The notes under the pieces were generated by a model. The model did no database searches. It was not told the DNA's origin and saw only the letters and a program-made list of their open reading frames with translations. Positions 52,032 to 60,775 of a stretch of DNA of 64,000 nt are shown here, piece by piece. Where the stretch lies: positions 74,157-138,156 of the forward strand of contig NZ_JAAQPI010000002.1 of the NCBI RefSeq assembly GCF_011683955.1. The letters are read 5' to 3'. The first letter of the stretch is position 1. The number at the start of each line of letters is the position of its first letter. A program made the position numbers and the translations under genes. Source of the stretch: Pseudomaricurvus alkylphenolicus (lineage in GTDB: Bacteria; Pseudomonadota; Gammaproteobacteria; Pseudomonadales; Cellvibrionaceae).

Positions 52032-54260
52032 ATGAAATTCCTCCCGTCGAACCTACCTCTCGCATCATGTGCATTTGCTCTGCTGCCATTGGTTGCTGCC
52101 ACCCATAGTGTGCAGACCATCGCCGAGACCTCATCCGACTCACACGTCGAGGAAATAGTCGTTACCGCGAGAAAGCGGGAAGAGAACCTGCTGCAAGTGC
52201 CCATTTCGATGACCACATTCGGACAGCAGCGCCTGTCATCGCCTCTACTTCAGGACCTTTCGTCGCTTGCCGACTTCACCCCCAACGTGGACATCAACTG
52301 GACGTCACCGTTTTCCGGATCGAGCAATGCGGCCAGCGTTTTTATTCGAGGCGTTGGGCAAAACGACTTTATCCTCACCACTGACCCGGGTGTTGGTATC
52401 TACTTGGATGGCGTGTATATCGCCCGATCAATTGGCTCTGTGCTGGAATTGACGGATATCGAAAGAGTGGAGATCTTGAGAGGCCCGCAGGGAACCCTGT
52501 TTGGCAAGAACAGTATCGGCGGCGCCATCCAGGTGTTATCGAAGACCCCGTCCGATGAACTGCAGGGAAAGATTTCTGTGATCGCCGGGGAAGATAATCG
52601 TCGGGATTTTAGCGCCTCTCTGGAGGGGAGCCTTGCCTCAAATATCCAAGCCCGCCTGACACTGGCAAGCGAACATCGCGACGGCCATTCAACCCGGATT
52701 CTGGACAACAAAGAGCTTGGCGACATAGATCGACAGGCGGCCAAGCTGTTGATCACCTACCAGCCCACTGACAATTCCCAATGGCGGCTGTCTCTGGACC
52801 ACACCAAGCAACGCCAGGAAGCGATCGCCCAACATTTGGTGGAGGTGGTTGACTCGACTCCCTTGATGGATCTGTTTAACGGGTTGGTTGCGCCGGCAGA
52901 CGGCCCGTTTGATTCTCGCTGGGTATCGCAAGACGTTAGTAAAAACTATCAATCCGGCCCAAGCAGAGACGACTTGAATGTCACTGGCGTATCACTGTCG
53001 GGGGAGTATGACATGGGCTGGGGGGAGCTGATTTCAATTACCGGTTACCGGCGCTACAGCGCGGTTTATAGCCGCGACCCCGACGGCAGCCCTCTGGATT
53101 ATGCACACAGTGTTAACCGGGATACTCATCACCAGTTCAGTCAGGAAGTGCGCCTTCAGGGCATTAGCTTGAACGATAAACTTAACTGGGTGGCAGGAAT
53201 CTATCACCTGCGCGAACACGGCAAAAACCACACGGATGCAATTCTGTGGTCAGGCCTCTATGAAGCCACCGGGGCTCCAGGATTGGAGTGGGTGTTTGAT
53301 GTTAATAATGACCTGACCACCACCAGTACCGCGCTGTTTTCACAGGCGTCTTATCAACTGAGTGATGCTTTGAGCGTGACCGGCGGTATACGCATGACTC
53401 ACGAAGAGAAGGAATTCCTGGTGGATAATCGCCGGGCCGTTTCCGGCACTCAAGTGGTGGGGCCGACGGAGGTCGATGACCAGTGGACCAATATTTCTCC
53501 CATGGCCAGCGTGGATTATCGCTGGTCACCTGAGTTTATGACCTACTTAAGCGCAAGCCGCGGCTTCAAGAGCGGTGGTTTTGATGGTCGACAAATTATG
53601 CCGGGGCCGGTAGAGGCCTACGACCCGGAGTTTGCGGAGACCTTTGAAGTGGGTTTTAAAGCCAGCTTCTGGCAACAGCGCGGAATTCTGACCGGCGCCC
53701 TCTTCCATACCGCCTATGAAGATCTTCAATTTACGCAACTGGACGCCGGTGGGATTCCCCGTATCAACAACGCGGCGGAGGCGCGCATCAAAGGCGCTGA
53801 TATGGAGCTGACACTCCAGGATCTCTACGGCCTGAACCTGCAGGCCGGTTTGGGGTATCTGGACGCCCGTTACCACTCCCTGGATCAGGGGGTGACGATT
53901 ACTGAAGATATGGACCTAGTACGTGTACCCCGGTGGAATGCACACCTGTCGCTGTCGCGCAGCTGGTCGCTCAGTGGTATCGGAAAAGTGACACTGAACA
54001 CAGACGTCAGCTACAAAAGCAAGGTCTACCATGACCCTCACAACGTAGAATCCATAGCTCAGGATGGACTCACACTGGCCAATGCATCGCTGAGCTGGAG
54101 CAGCACCAGTAACGACTGGGAAGCAGAGGCCTTTGTCACCAATTTGACCGACAAAGACTACTGGGTGAGCGGTGGAACTGAACTGGCAGGACTGGGGTAT
54201 TCTGAAGTCAATTATGCGCGAGGACGCGAGTGGGGCGTGCGCCTGAGCTATCAGTACTGA
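52032..54260 (+). CDS. TonB-dependent outer-membrane receptor
   Basis: Signal peptide. Plug domain (EEIVVTARKREENLLQVPISMT). TonB-box-like region. Beta-barrel with C-terminal aromatic (…RLSYQY). Confidence 0.85.
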   Translation: MKFLPSNLPLASCAFALLPLVAATHSVQTIAETSSDSHVEEIVVTARKREENLLQVPISMTTFGQQRLSSPLLQDLSSLADFTPNVDINWTSPFSGSSNAASVFIRGVGQNDFILTTDPGVGIYLDGVYIARSIGSVLELTDIERVEILRGPQGTLFGKNSIGGAIQVLSKTPSDELQGKISVIAGEDNRRDFSASLEGSLASNIQARLTLASEHRDGHSTRILDNKELGDIDRQAAKLLITYQPTDNSQWRLSLDHTKQRQEAIAQHLVEVVDSTPLMDLFNGLVAPADGPFDSRWVSQDVSKNYQSGPSRDDLNVTGVSLSGEYDMGWGELISITGYRRYSAVYSRDPDGSPLDYAHSVNRDTHHQFSQEVRLQGISLNDKLNWVAGIYHLREHGKNHTDAILWSGLYEATGAPGLEWVFDVNNDLTTTSTALFSQASYQLSDALSVTGGIRMTHEEKEFLVDNRRAVSGTQVVGPTEVDDQWTNISPMASVDYRWSPEFMTYLSASRGFKSGGFDGRQIMPGPVEAYDPEFAETFEVGFKASFWQQRGILTGALFHTAYEDLQFTQLDAGGIPRINNAAEARIKGADMELTLQDLYGLNLQAGLGYLDARYHSLDQGVTITEDMDLVRVPRWNAHLSLSRSWSLSGIGKVTLNTDVSYKSKVYHDPHNVESIAQDGLTLANASLSWSSTSNDWEAEAFVTNLTDKDYWVSGGTELAGLGYSEVNYARGREWGVRLSYQY

Positions 54261-54286
54261 TGGCTCAGGCACGGACTTGATCAGCC

Positions 54287-54598
54287 TTACATAGCAGCGT
54301 AATAAGCCGCCAGATTGGCAATATCCGCATCGCTCAACGGCGCCGCCATGCCCGCCATAATCGCGGCCTGGCCACCTTTGCGCTCGCCATTCTTGTAGGC
54401 TTTCATGGCCAGTACCAGATACTGGGCGTTCTGGCCGGCGAGATTCGGGTAGGTGGGAATCATGGCCTTGCCATTGGCGCCGTGGCAAGAGGTGCAGACC
54501 GCGGCCTTAGCCTTGCCGGCGGCGGCATCGCCAGCGGCGCTGGCAACCAGGGGCATTGCGGACAGGGCCGCGATGGAAATCAGTGTGGTCAGTTTCAT
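54287..54598 (-). CDS. Class I c-type cytochrome (small, periplasmic)
   Basis: Signal peptide. CTSCHG heme-binding CxxCH. Distal Met region. Confidence 0.8.
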   Translation of the reverse strand: MKLTTLISIAALSAMPLVASAAGDAAAGKAKAAVCTSCHGANGKAMIPTYPNLAGQNAQYLVLAMKAYKNGERKGGQAAIMAGMAAPLSDADIANLAAYYAAM

Positions 54599-54847
54599 GG
54601 TGCTTCTCCTAGACAGGTCGAATAATCCGGGCTGTTGTTTTGAGTATGGTTAATGCTATTTGAATACAGCCTGAACGGCCAGAGCCAAAAGGCCATCATT
54701 TAGTTGGAGAGCAGCATATCAAAAAAGCCCGGCGGGGAGCACCAAACTAAAGTCTAATCCGCTGTTTCGGCAAGAATGGACTATGGGAAGCCCTGATCAG
54801 GCCCATTGCAGCTTTTTCTTGATTCTAGAGAGATACCGCATCCATCG

Positions 54848-55687
54848 TCATTGCTTTTCGTAGACCCAATTCCTATTTCCGACATCGCACACCCAAAGAC
54901 GAGAATTCAAGCGGCTGCAGCTGTCCATCCCCGGAGGTAAGCTGTCATCATAGCTGGGTTTGATGGCCATTTGCTGCTTGTCTCGCTTCAGATAGCTGTA
55001 CATGGTCTCGAAACGGGCTTGAATATCCTGACCCTGGCGCAACATTTCTTGTCGGGTATACACAAACTTGGTATAGCTCATGGTCACACCGCCCAGTCCG
55101 ATCTGCAGCATTTTTTCGATATATTGCTCGTAGCTTTCAGCCAGGTGCTGAGCCTCGGACGGTCCGCCCTGCTGATACGCCGGCAATGCCATGCGATTAT
55201 CCGGCGACAAACTGCCAGGGGTTAATTCCCGATTTTTTCGGTTGAGTACCAGCCGGAATTGATCACCGCCACAGTCAATACGGGCACCATTTAACCGGCA
55301 GTCTTGCGCCACTGACGAGCTGCTGCTGACAGACGGCCTTGGTGTTGCTGAGGTTGCCGACCTGATCTCGGAAGCAGGCGTGACAGAAGCGGGAGAAGAA
55401 GCCCTGAGCAAGGTATTTTTGTCGGATGATGCTCCCTTTGCAACCACGGCGGACTCGCGCCCTGAACCGGCACCCGGAAGCCGAATACCCGCAGCTGCCG
55501 CTGGTCGTTTAAGCAGCAGGCGCTGAATTTTCGCCGGATTTTTGCGGAAATCCTCCAGTGCCGGCAATCGAACACCGTCACTCTTCAGGCGGCAATAGAC
55601 CTTTTCCATCTCTGTACGTGGCTCACAGCTGACGGCCGGCACTGCCCAAAACACAAACAACAGAGGAAGCAGAAACGCGCTCTTCAA
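54848..55687 (-). CDS. Secreted hypothetical protein (signal peptide; Ser/Ala-rich linker)
   Basis: MKSAFLLPLLFVFWAVPAVSC signal peptide. No family recognised. Confidence 0.5.
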   Translation of the reverse strand: MKSAFLLPLLFVFWAVPAVSCEPRTEMEKVYCRLKSDGVRLPALEDFRKNPAKIQRLLLKRPAAAAGIRLPGAGSGRESAVVAKGASSDKNTLLRASSPASVTPASEIRSATSATPRPSVSSSSSVAQDCRLNGARIDCGGDQFRLVLNRKNRELTPGSLSPDNRMALPAYQQGGPSEAQHLAESYEQYIEKMLQIGLGGVTMSYTKFVYTRQEMLRQGQDIQARFETMYSYLKRDKQQMAIKPSYDDSLPPGMDSCSRLNSRLWVCDVGNRNWVYEKQ

Positions 55688-56373
55688 TTGGAGGACTCCT
55701 CGGGCAGTCGCAACAGCCCTTCGGCCAAGCGCTTTAACGTCTGAGCGGCCACCTGCCAGTCAACAGCTTCGAGAATCAACTGGTATTCCATGTAAAGCAA
55801 GGTGCCCATAACCACCTGGGCGTCGCCCGTGCAATCGGAAGAGCCCACGCGCTGTAAAAACTCCTCGATGGCTTGCAATTGAGCCTGGTGGGGCACTGCA
55901 ATCACTCGCGCTAAATCCGGATTGCGCATGGCTTCCTGCCGGAAAGCCACCTCCACCCGACGCTCGTTGGCACGCTCCACCTGGGAACGCACGTGCTGCA
56001 GTAACACTGACGAGATACGATCAGCGATCTGGCGGCGGACCAGTGGTTGCTGCAAGTCCGAATCCGTCATTGGCTCAAGCAGCGCCATACTTTGTGCCTG
56101 TAAGCGAGAGGAGTCGGCACTCAATCGGGTTTCGACATAGTGCACGAAGGCATCGTGAAGCAAGGCCTGGATATCGACAAAATAGTAAGTCGTGGCAGCG
56201 AGAGGAACCTCAGCCTCTTGAGCGACCGCCCGGTGTTTGACGCCACGTACGCCCTCTCGTTCGATGACCCTTAACGCCGCTTCCAGGATGGCCTTGCGTC
56301 GGATCCGACTGTCGGAGCGTTTCGCCGCGCGACCGCGATACTGAAGAAGCTCATCGAATCGACCATGCGCCAT
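55684..56373 (-). CDS. TetR-family transcriptional regulator
   Basis: TetR HTH (AILEAALRVIEREGVRGVKHRAVAQEAEVPLAATTYYF). Confidence 0.8.
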   Translation of the reverse strand: MAHGRFDELLQYRGRAAKRSDSRIRRKAILEAALRVIEREGVRGVKHRAVAQEAEVPLAATTYYFVDIQALLHDAFVHYVETRLSADSSRLQAQSMALLEPMTDSDLQQPLVRRQIADRISSVLLQHVRSQVERANERRVEVAFRQEAMRNPDLARVIAVPHQAQLQAIEEFLQRVGSSDCTGDAQVVMGTLLYMEYQLILEAVDWQVAAQTLKRLAEGLLRLPEESSN

Positions 56374-56450
56374 GGGGCCTCCCTGTGTTTATTCTTATCG
56401 TTTTGTTATCGCTCTTGCCCTGTGTATAAATGATACCGCAATTTAACCTG

Positions 56451-57008
56451 TCACATATGATTCAAATTGGCGAACAAGGGCCTCAGATACTCAGCCTGAT
56501 CCGGACGAATACGACTGCCGTTAATCATGGCAAGGTATTCAGCGGCGTTAGGCCGGTAAGGCAGAGCAATCAACTCCATGTCAATTTCCTCCAGCAGCCA
56601 GTTACCCTTGTGCTGATTGCAGCGCTTGCAAGCTGCCACAACGTTCTCCCAACGGTCTTGGCCGCCGCGACTGCGAGGTATGACGTGATCTCTGGACAAG
56701 TCCGGGCGCGAAAAGTAACGACCACAGTAGAGGCACTGGTAATTGTCACGGCAAAAGAGCGCGGTATTGGAAAGCGCGGGAATATTGCGTACCGGCGCCA
56801 GCCGACCACCTCCACAAGCGACAATGGCGGGTACTTTGATGTGACTGCGACAACCGTTGAGACGGGAATAACCGCCGTAAATATTTCGAACCACTCCTCC
56901 CAGACTCCATCGCACCAGCTCCCGAGCGTAGAGGCAGACAACGGATTGCCAATCAATCCACTCCAGGGGCTGACCGGCCAGGTTCAAACGCAGGACACGA
57001 GCTTCCAT
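56451..57008 (-). CDS. HNH endonuclease (McrA-like)
   Basis: HNH motif CLYCG...DHVIPRSRGG...WENVVAACKRCNQHK. Confidence 0.8.
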   Translation of the reverse strand: MEARVLRLNLAGQPLEWIDWQSVVCLYARELVRWSLGGVVRNIYGGYSRLNGCRSHIKVPAIVACGGGRLAPVRNIPALSNTALFCRDNYQCLYCGRYFSRPDLSRDHVIPRSRGGQDRWENVVAACKRCNQHKGNWLLEEIDMELIALPYRPNAAEYLAMINGSRIRPDQAEYLRPLFANLNHM

Positions 57009-57374
57009 AGCAGTATTCCTCCAGCAACAGACAAAGGTAGTACAGAGCGGGCCTTTTTTATGAACGAGTTGTGAGTGAAGTGAGAGAGGTGTGATTTTGA
57101 GAGCAAGCCGGTCTGCAAAGCCACCAGTCGGTAACTTTCGGGACCGCTCACGGGGTCGAGCGGAGAAATTTGGTACTGGATACTAGAGAAGGCGCCACCT
57201 CCTGCTATTCGACCATTGGTTTTATCGGGTCTTTGAACTAACCACAAATTAAACGCTTAGTTCAGTATCCGGTCATAATTGGCCTGAAGTCAAGCGGCAA
57301 ATCAATAACAGGGGATGTTCAATAACACAGGCCTTTTGACAGTCTTGGTCGCTAAGAAAACCTTGTCCTCTAAA

Positions 57375-57740
57375 ACGAAAAAACCGCGACAGCTTCCCGC
57401 TATCACGGCCGTATATTTCACAGGATTTTCCTACCCTAAGTCCGTAGGCGTATGGCGATGTCCCTAATCCTTGCTTCTTCTTTTCGTTTGTTCCCTGGTG
57501 GCGTCCTTTCTATCCCTTGTGTCCTTGGGGGTCCCGTGCACAGCCTTATGCGAATGTTCCTGTGGCACTTCCTATGCCAGAATCCTTTCCTTCCTGTCCT
57601 TTAGCGGTCCCTGCTCCCCATCTGGCCTCTTGCCGGGGATTCCTGTCTGCATCCAAGCCGCTTCCGTTCTCTCTGCTGAGTCCTTCAACAGTTTCCTTCG
57701 CGTGCTTCCTGCACGGGTTCCATTCGCTGCGTCCTGCAGG
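57375..57740 (-). ncRNA. CsrB/RsmZ/RsmY-family Csr(Rsm)-sequestering small RNA (candidate)
   Basis: The minus strand of a roughly 360-nt ORF-free tract carries about 27 GGA motifs (about 5 expected by chance), many as AGGA / ANGGA. A GacA-box-like palindrome lies about 60 bp upstream. A TATTAT -10-like hexamer sits at about 57743-57750 on the minus strand. A U-run on the minus strand at about 57366-57376 marks a possible 3' end. The ends are approximate. Confidence 0.55.
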
Positions 57741-57792
57741 AGTAATAATACTCCTTGGCACAGATTTCTACAGAGGACATTTGCCACATCGC

Positions 57793-57812
57793 TTGTGAGA
57801 TATATCTCACAA
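57793..57812. promoter_or_regulatory. GacA/UvrY-box-like upstream activating palindrome TTGTGAGATATATCTCACAA
   Basis: Perfect 20-bp palindrome of the form TGTGAG-N6-CTCACA. The published GacA consensus is TGTAAG-N6-CTTACA. Located upstream (in minus-strand sense) of the GGA-rich tract. Confidence 0.5.
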
Positions 57813-57896
57813 AGTGGCGCGAAAGCTGCGCCCGGTATGGCTAGAGAGGATCTGGCGCCACCTTTCTTTGGCCAAGGGCGCTGTGGGCAGGGGCGA

Positions 57897-58490
57897 TCAG
57901 GATAGCGAGGCCAGATCCTTGCTGGCTTTGATCTGCGCGCTTTGGCGTTTGACGATATGCTGGATCAGCGTTTCCTGATCAGCGCTGCTGAGGCCGCGGA
58001 AGTCTATCCGCGTGTAATAGGGTTGAGACGCCTCATCATTACCCGTTTGGGGCTCTGAAGACACCACGACACCATAACCATAGATAAAGAAACGCCCCGG
58101 TAACAACAGCAACTCCAGCTTGAGCAAGGTCTCTGCCGGCAGCTGTTCGTCGGTATACAGCCCCATACCACAGGCGCTGATGTTCACTTCCTGCACCCGG
58201 TGGGCCAGATCTCGGGTAAGCTGCGAATCGAGTTCCAGTTGTGACACCACACAATTGATCTTTTGATCCAACACTTCCAATAATTCAGCGGCCAACGGAT
58301 CCCGCACCTTAAACTGTCCCAGCAACAGGTCGATTTTCTTATTGAAATCCGCCAGCTGCATAAGCGCGTCCACCGGTTTGGCCTCGGGCTCTTGCGCCGC
58401 AGGTATTTCATCTGCCTCAAGCACTGAAAAGGTGACACCGACGTTATCGTGGATACGGAAAAAGCGGCGGCGATCAGCAGTATTGGTCAT
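57897..58490 (-). CDS. PilZ-domain c-di-GMP-binding protein (possible flagellar brake, YcgR/FlgZ-like role)
   Basis: RRxxxR motif (DRRRFFRIHDNV) and D/NxSxxG motif (VNISACGMGL). Last gene of the motA-motB-pilZ arrangement. Confidence 0.65.
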   Translation of the reverse strand: MTNTADRRRFFRIHDNVGVTFSVLEADEIPAAQEPEAKPVDALMQLADFNKKIDLLLGQFKVRDPLAAELLEVLDQKINCVVSQLELDSQLTRDLAHRVQEVNISACGMGLYTDEQLPAETLLKLELLLLPGRFFIYGYGVVVSSEPQTGNDEASQPYYTRIDFRGLSSADQETLIQHIVKRQSAQIKASKDLASLS

Positions 58491-58505
58491 CCAACGGCTC
58501 CGCTG

Positions 58506-59498
58506 TCAGAAGATTTCATCGGGATTGAGATCGAACAGGTATTCAGGATCGAGATCCAGGTCCCTGAGAATATCCTGACCTTCTTCCTGCAACAGCTGCT
58601 TATCGCTTTCGTCCAGAGTCTCATCCAGCCCCTGCGCGATGACGATCTCCACCCTTCGGTTGCGGGCACGATTTTCCCGGGAATCATTGGCTACCAATGG
58701 GCGGGTATCTGAAAAGCCCGACACTGAAAAACGACGGGGATTAACGTCATCCTTCATCAATTCATGGGCCACTGACACCGCCCGCGCTGAAGACAAGTCC
58801 CAGTTGGAGCGGAATCTCGGCGTGCGAATGGGTATATTGTCGGTGTGTCCCTCCACGTTAATGCGACCCGCTTTGTTGCGCAGTACTTCCCGGATTTCAT
58901 CCAGCACATCGAAATAGTCGTCATTTAACTCCGCAGAGGCCGTCTTAAACGAGCCCTTCTCCCGAATCCGGATAATGATTTTCAGGCCTTCGGTTTCGAT
59001 CTCGATCTCGCCGGAATTGATTTGCTGCTCAAGCGCTTCGGCAAGATCATAGGCGTCCTGCTCGGTTCTCTGCTCCGCCTGGGCGATCATTTCTTCCAGC
59101 TTTTGTTTGATGCGCTGCTTGGCGCCGGCCTCCTGATCGATCTGCCCCTGCTCTACATCAAACTCTTGCGCACATTCAAAATCCAGGGAGCTTTCGGTGA
59201 TATTTTCGGTCTTTTGCCAGATTTCGTTAATAGGCGTGGGCTCCGGAATCGCCGGGCTGAATTCCTGAGCGATGATACTGGTCCCTTTCGGAACGTCCGT
59301 AACATTAAGCTTGTTTTGAACACCGAAAGCCTGCGCCATAGAACCCGCCAGGCGCTTGAACTTCATGGCGTCCATTTCCGAGAACGACAACAGCAATACG
59401 AAAAAGCACATCAAAAGCGACATCAGGTCCGCAAATGTGCCCATCCACGGAGCTAACCCCTCCGGGGGACAATCACACTTCTGTTCTTCATCACTCAT
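58506..59498 (-). CDS. motB: Flagellar motor stator protein MotB/PomB (OmpA-like C-terminal domain)
   Basis: N-terminal TM (LMSLLMCFFVLLLSFS) with the conserved plug region. C-terminal OmpA-like peptidoglycan-binding domain (VEGHTDNIPI...). Confidence 0.85.
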   Translation of the reverse strand: MSDEEQKCDCPPEGLAPWMGTFADLMSLLMCFFVLLLSFSEMDAMKFKRLAGSMAQAFGVQNKLNVTDVPKGTSIIAQEFSPAIPEPTPINEIWQKTENITESSLDFECAQEFDVEQGQIDQEAGAKQRIKQKLEEMIAQAEQRTEQDAYDLAEALEQQINSGEIEIETEGLKIIIRIREKGSFKTASAELNDDYFDVLDEIREVLRNKAGRINVEGHTDNIPIRTPRFRSNWDLSSARAVSVAHELMKDDVNPRRFSVSGFSDTRPLVANDSRENRARNRRVEIVIAQGLDETLDESDKQLLQEEGQDILRDLDLDPEYLFDLNPDEIF

Positions 59499-59503
59499 GG
59501 CGA

Positions 59504-60265
59504 TTACTCTGCTTCAGCAGCGATGCGTTTACTTTCTGGCAGGTAGGTGCGCAACATAGTGTCGATCACTCTGGGGTTCTGCCCACCCTGAATGGCCAGC
59601 AACGCGTCAATGATCAGATTCTTGACCATGGCCTCTTCCGCCGCCCTCAGCTTCAGCTTGTCCGCAACAGGCTCACAGAAGGCGTTTGCCAGCACCGCCC
59701 CGTAGAGTGTCGTCAACAATGCCACCGCCATCGCGGGCCCAATGGATTTGGGATCGTCCATGTTGGCGAGCATCGCTACCAGACCAATCAGTGTCCCGAT
59801 CATTCCCATCGCCGGCGCCATACTGGCCAGGGATGAAAAGATGGTGGAAGCGGTAGAGTGGCGCTCTTCCGCCAGGGTTCGATCTTTGGACAACAGCGTT
59901 TTAACCACTTCGGGATCGTGGCCGTCGACCAACAGCTGAATGCCCTTTTGCAGAAATTCGTGGCCGACCTCCTTGCCTTCCAATGACAGCAGGCCGCCTT
60001 TACGGGCAGTATCAGCCAGTTCCACAATCTCATCGATCAGCTCAGTGGGATCGGCAATTTTGTTCATGAAGCTCTTCCCCGCCACCTTGCCGGCGCCGAG
60101 AAACTGCCCCAGGCCAAACTTGGCCATGACCGCAAACAGGCTGCCCCCGAATACAATCACCAGCGAAGGTGCGTTGATGAACATCGTCAGGTCGCCACTC
60201 ATCAGCATGGTAACGACAATGAGACCCATGGCCCCGAGCAGTCCAACGACCGTTGCTAAATCCAC
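59504..60265 (-). CDS. motA: Flagellar motor stator protein MotA/PomA
   Basis: MDLATVVGLLGAMGLIVVTMLMSGDL... Four-TM MotA/PomA signature (…PAMGMIGTLIGLVAML). Confidence 0.9.
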   Translation of the reverse strand: MDLATVVGLLGAMGLIVVTMLMSGDLTMFINAPSLVIVFGGSLFAVMAKFGLGQFLGAGKVAGKSFMNKIADPTELIDEIVELADTARKGGLLSLEGKEVGHEFLQKGIQLLVDGHDPEVVKTLLSKDRTLAEERHSTASTIFSSLASMAPAMGMIGTLIGLVAMLANMDDPKSIGPAMAVALLTTLYGAVLANAFCEPVADKLKLRAAEEAMVKNLIIDALLAIQGGQNPRVIDTMLRTYLPESKRIAAEAE

Positions 60266-60371
60266 TCCCTAACTCCTTAGTTATACCTATACGCTTTTTG
60301 GCCTAGTCTAATGGCAAGGCGAGCCTGAAAACACCCTTAATCGTGGCAAGGCGCATCAAGGGACTGTCAGG

Positions 60372-60379
60372 TTATCGGC
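60372..60379 (-). promoter_or_regulatory. Candidate sigma28 (FliA) -10 element GCCGATAA about 100 bp upstream of motA
   Basis: The minus strand reads GCCGATAA, an exact match to the class III flagellar promoter -10 consensus. The -35 (tgatggtt against TAAAGTTT) is only a partial match. Confidence 0.3.
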
Positions 60380-60508
60380 CATTTGGCAAAAACCATCAGC
60401 ACCCATCTTCGCCAATTCCCGCCGAGGGCTCAATAATGGGTAATTGACCTTGTAGCCCCCCTTAGGTAGGGTGGCGCCTTCCAGACAAGCAGCAAGAGAT
60501 CCTCCGCC

Positions 60509-60757
60509 GTGGCCGCGCGCAAGAAAGCCATCGATTTTGAGCAATCCCTCCAACAGCTCGAGGCGCTGGTAACCGAGATGGAAAAGGGCGAATTGAGTCT
60601 GGAGGATGCCCTCAAAGCCTTCGAACAAGGCATCAAACTGACCCGGGAATGTCAGACCCGATTGGCCGACGCCGAGCAAAAAGTACAACTGCTGCTGGAA
60701 GAACAAGGCCAATTGCAAGCCGTCGACTTTGACGACGGCGACGCCGAACAGCCCTGA
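60509..60757 (+). CDS. xseB: Exodeoxyribonuclease VII small subunit
   Basis: [51 protein letters not shown]; 82 aa. GTG start. Conserved xseB-ispA-dxs order. Confidence 0.85.
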   Translation: MAARKKAIDFEQSLQQLEALVTEMEKGELSLEDALKAFEQGIKLTRECQTRLADAEQKVQLLLEEQGQLQAVDFDDGDAEQP

Positions 60758-60775
60758 ACCCGGACTGAGACCGCC

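Noticed and set aside
57471-57905. ORFs 57471..57905 + and 57517..57798 + in the HNH-PilZ gap
   Set aside because: Pyrimidine-rich, low-complexity translations (S/L/P/C-rich) with no RBS. The region is better explained as the template for a GGA-rich CsrB-like sRNA on the opposite strand.
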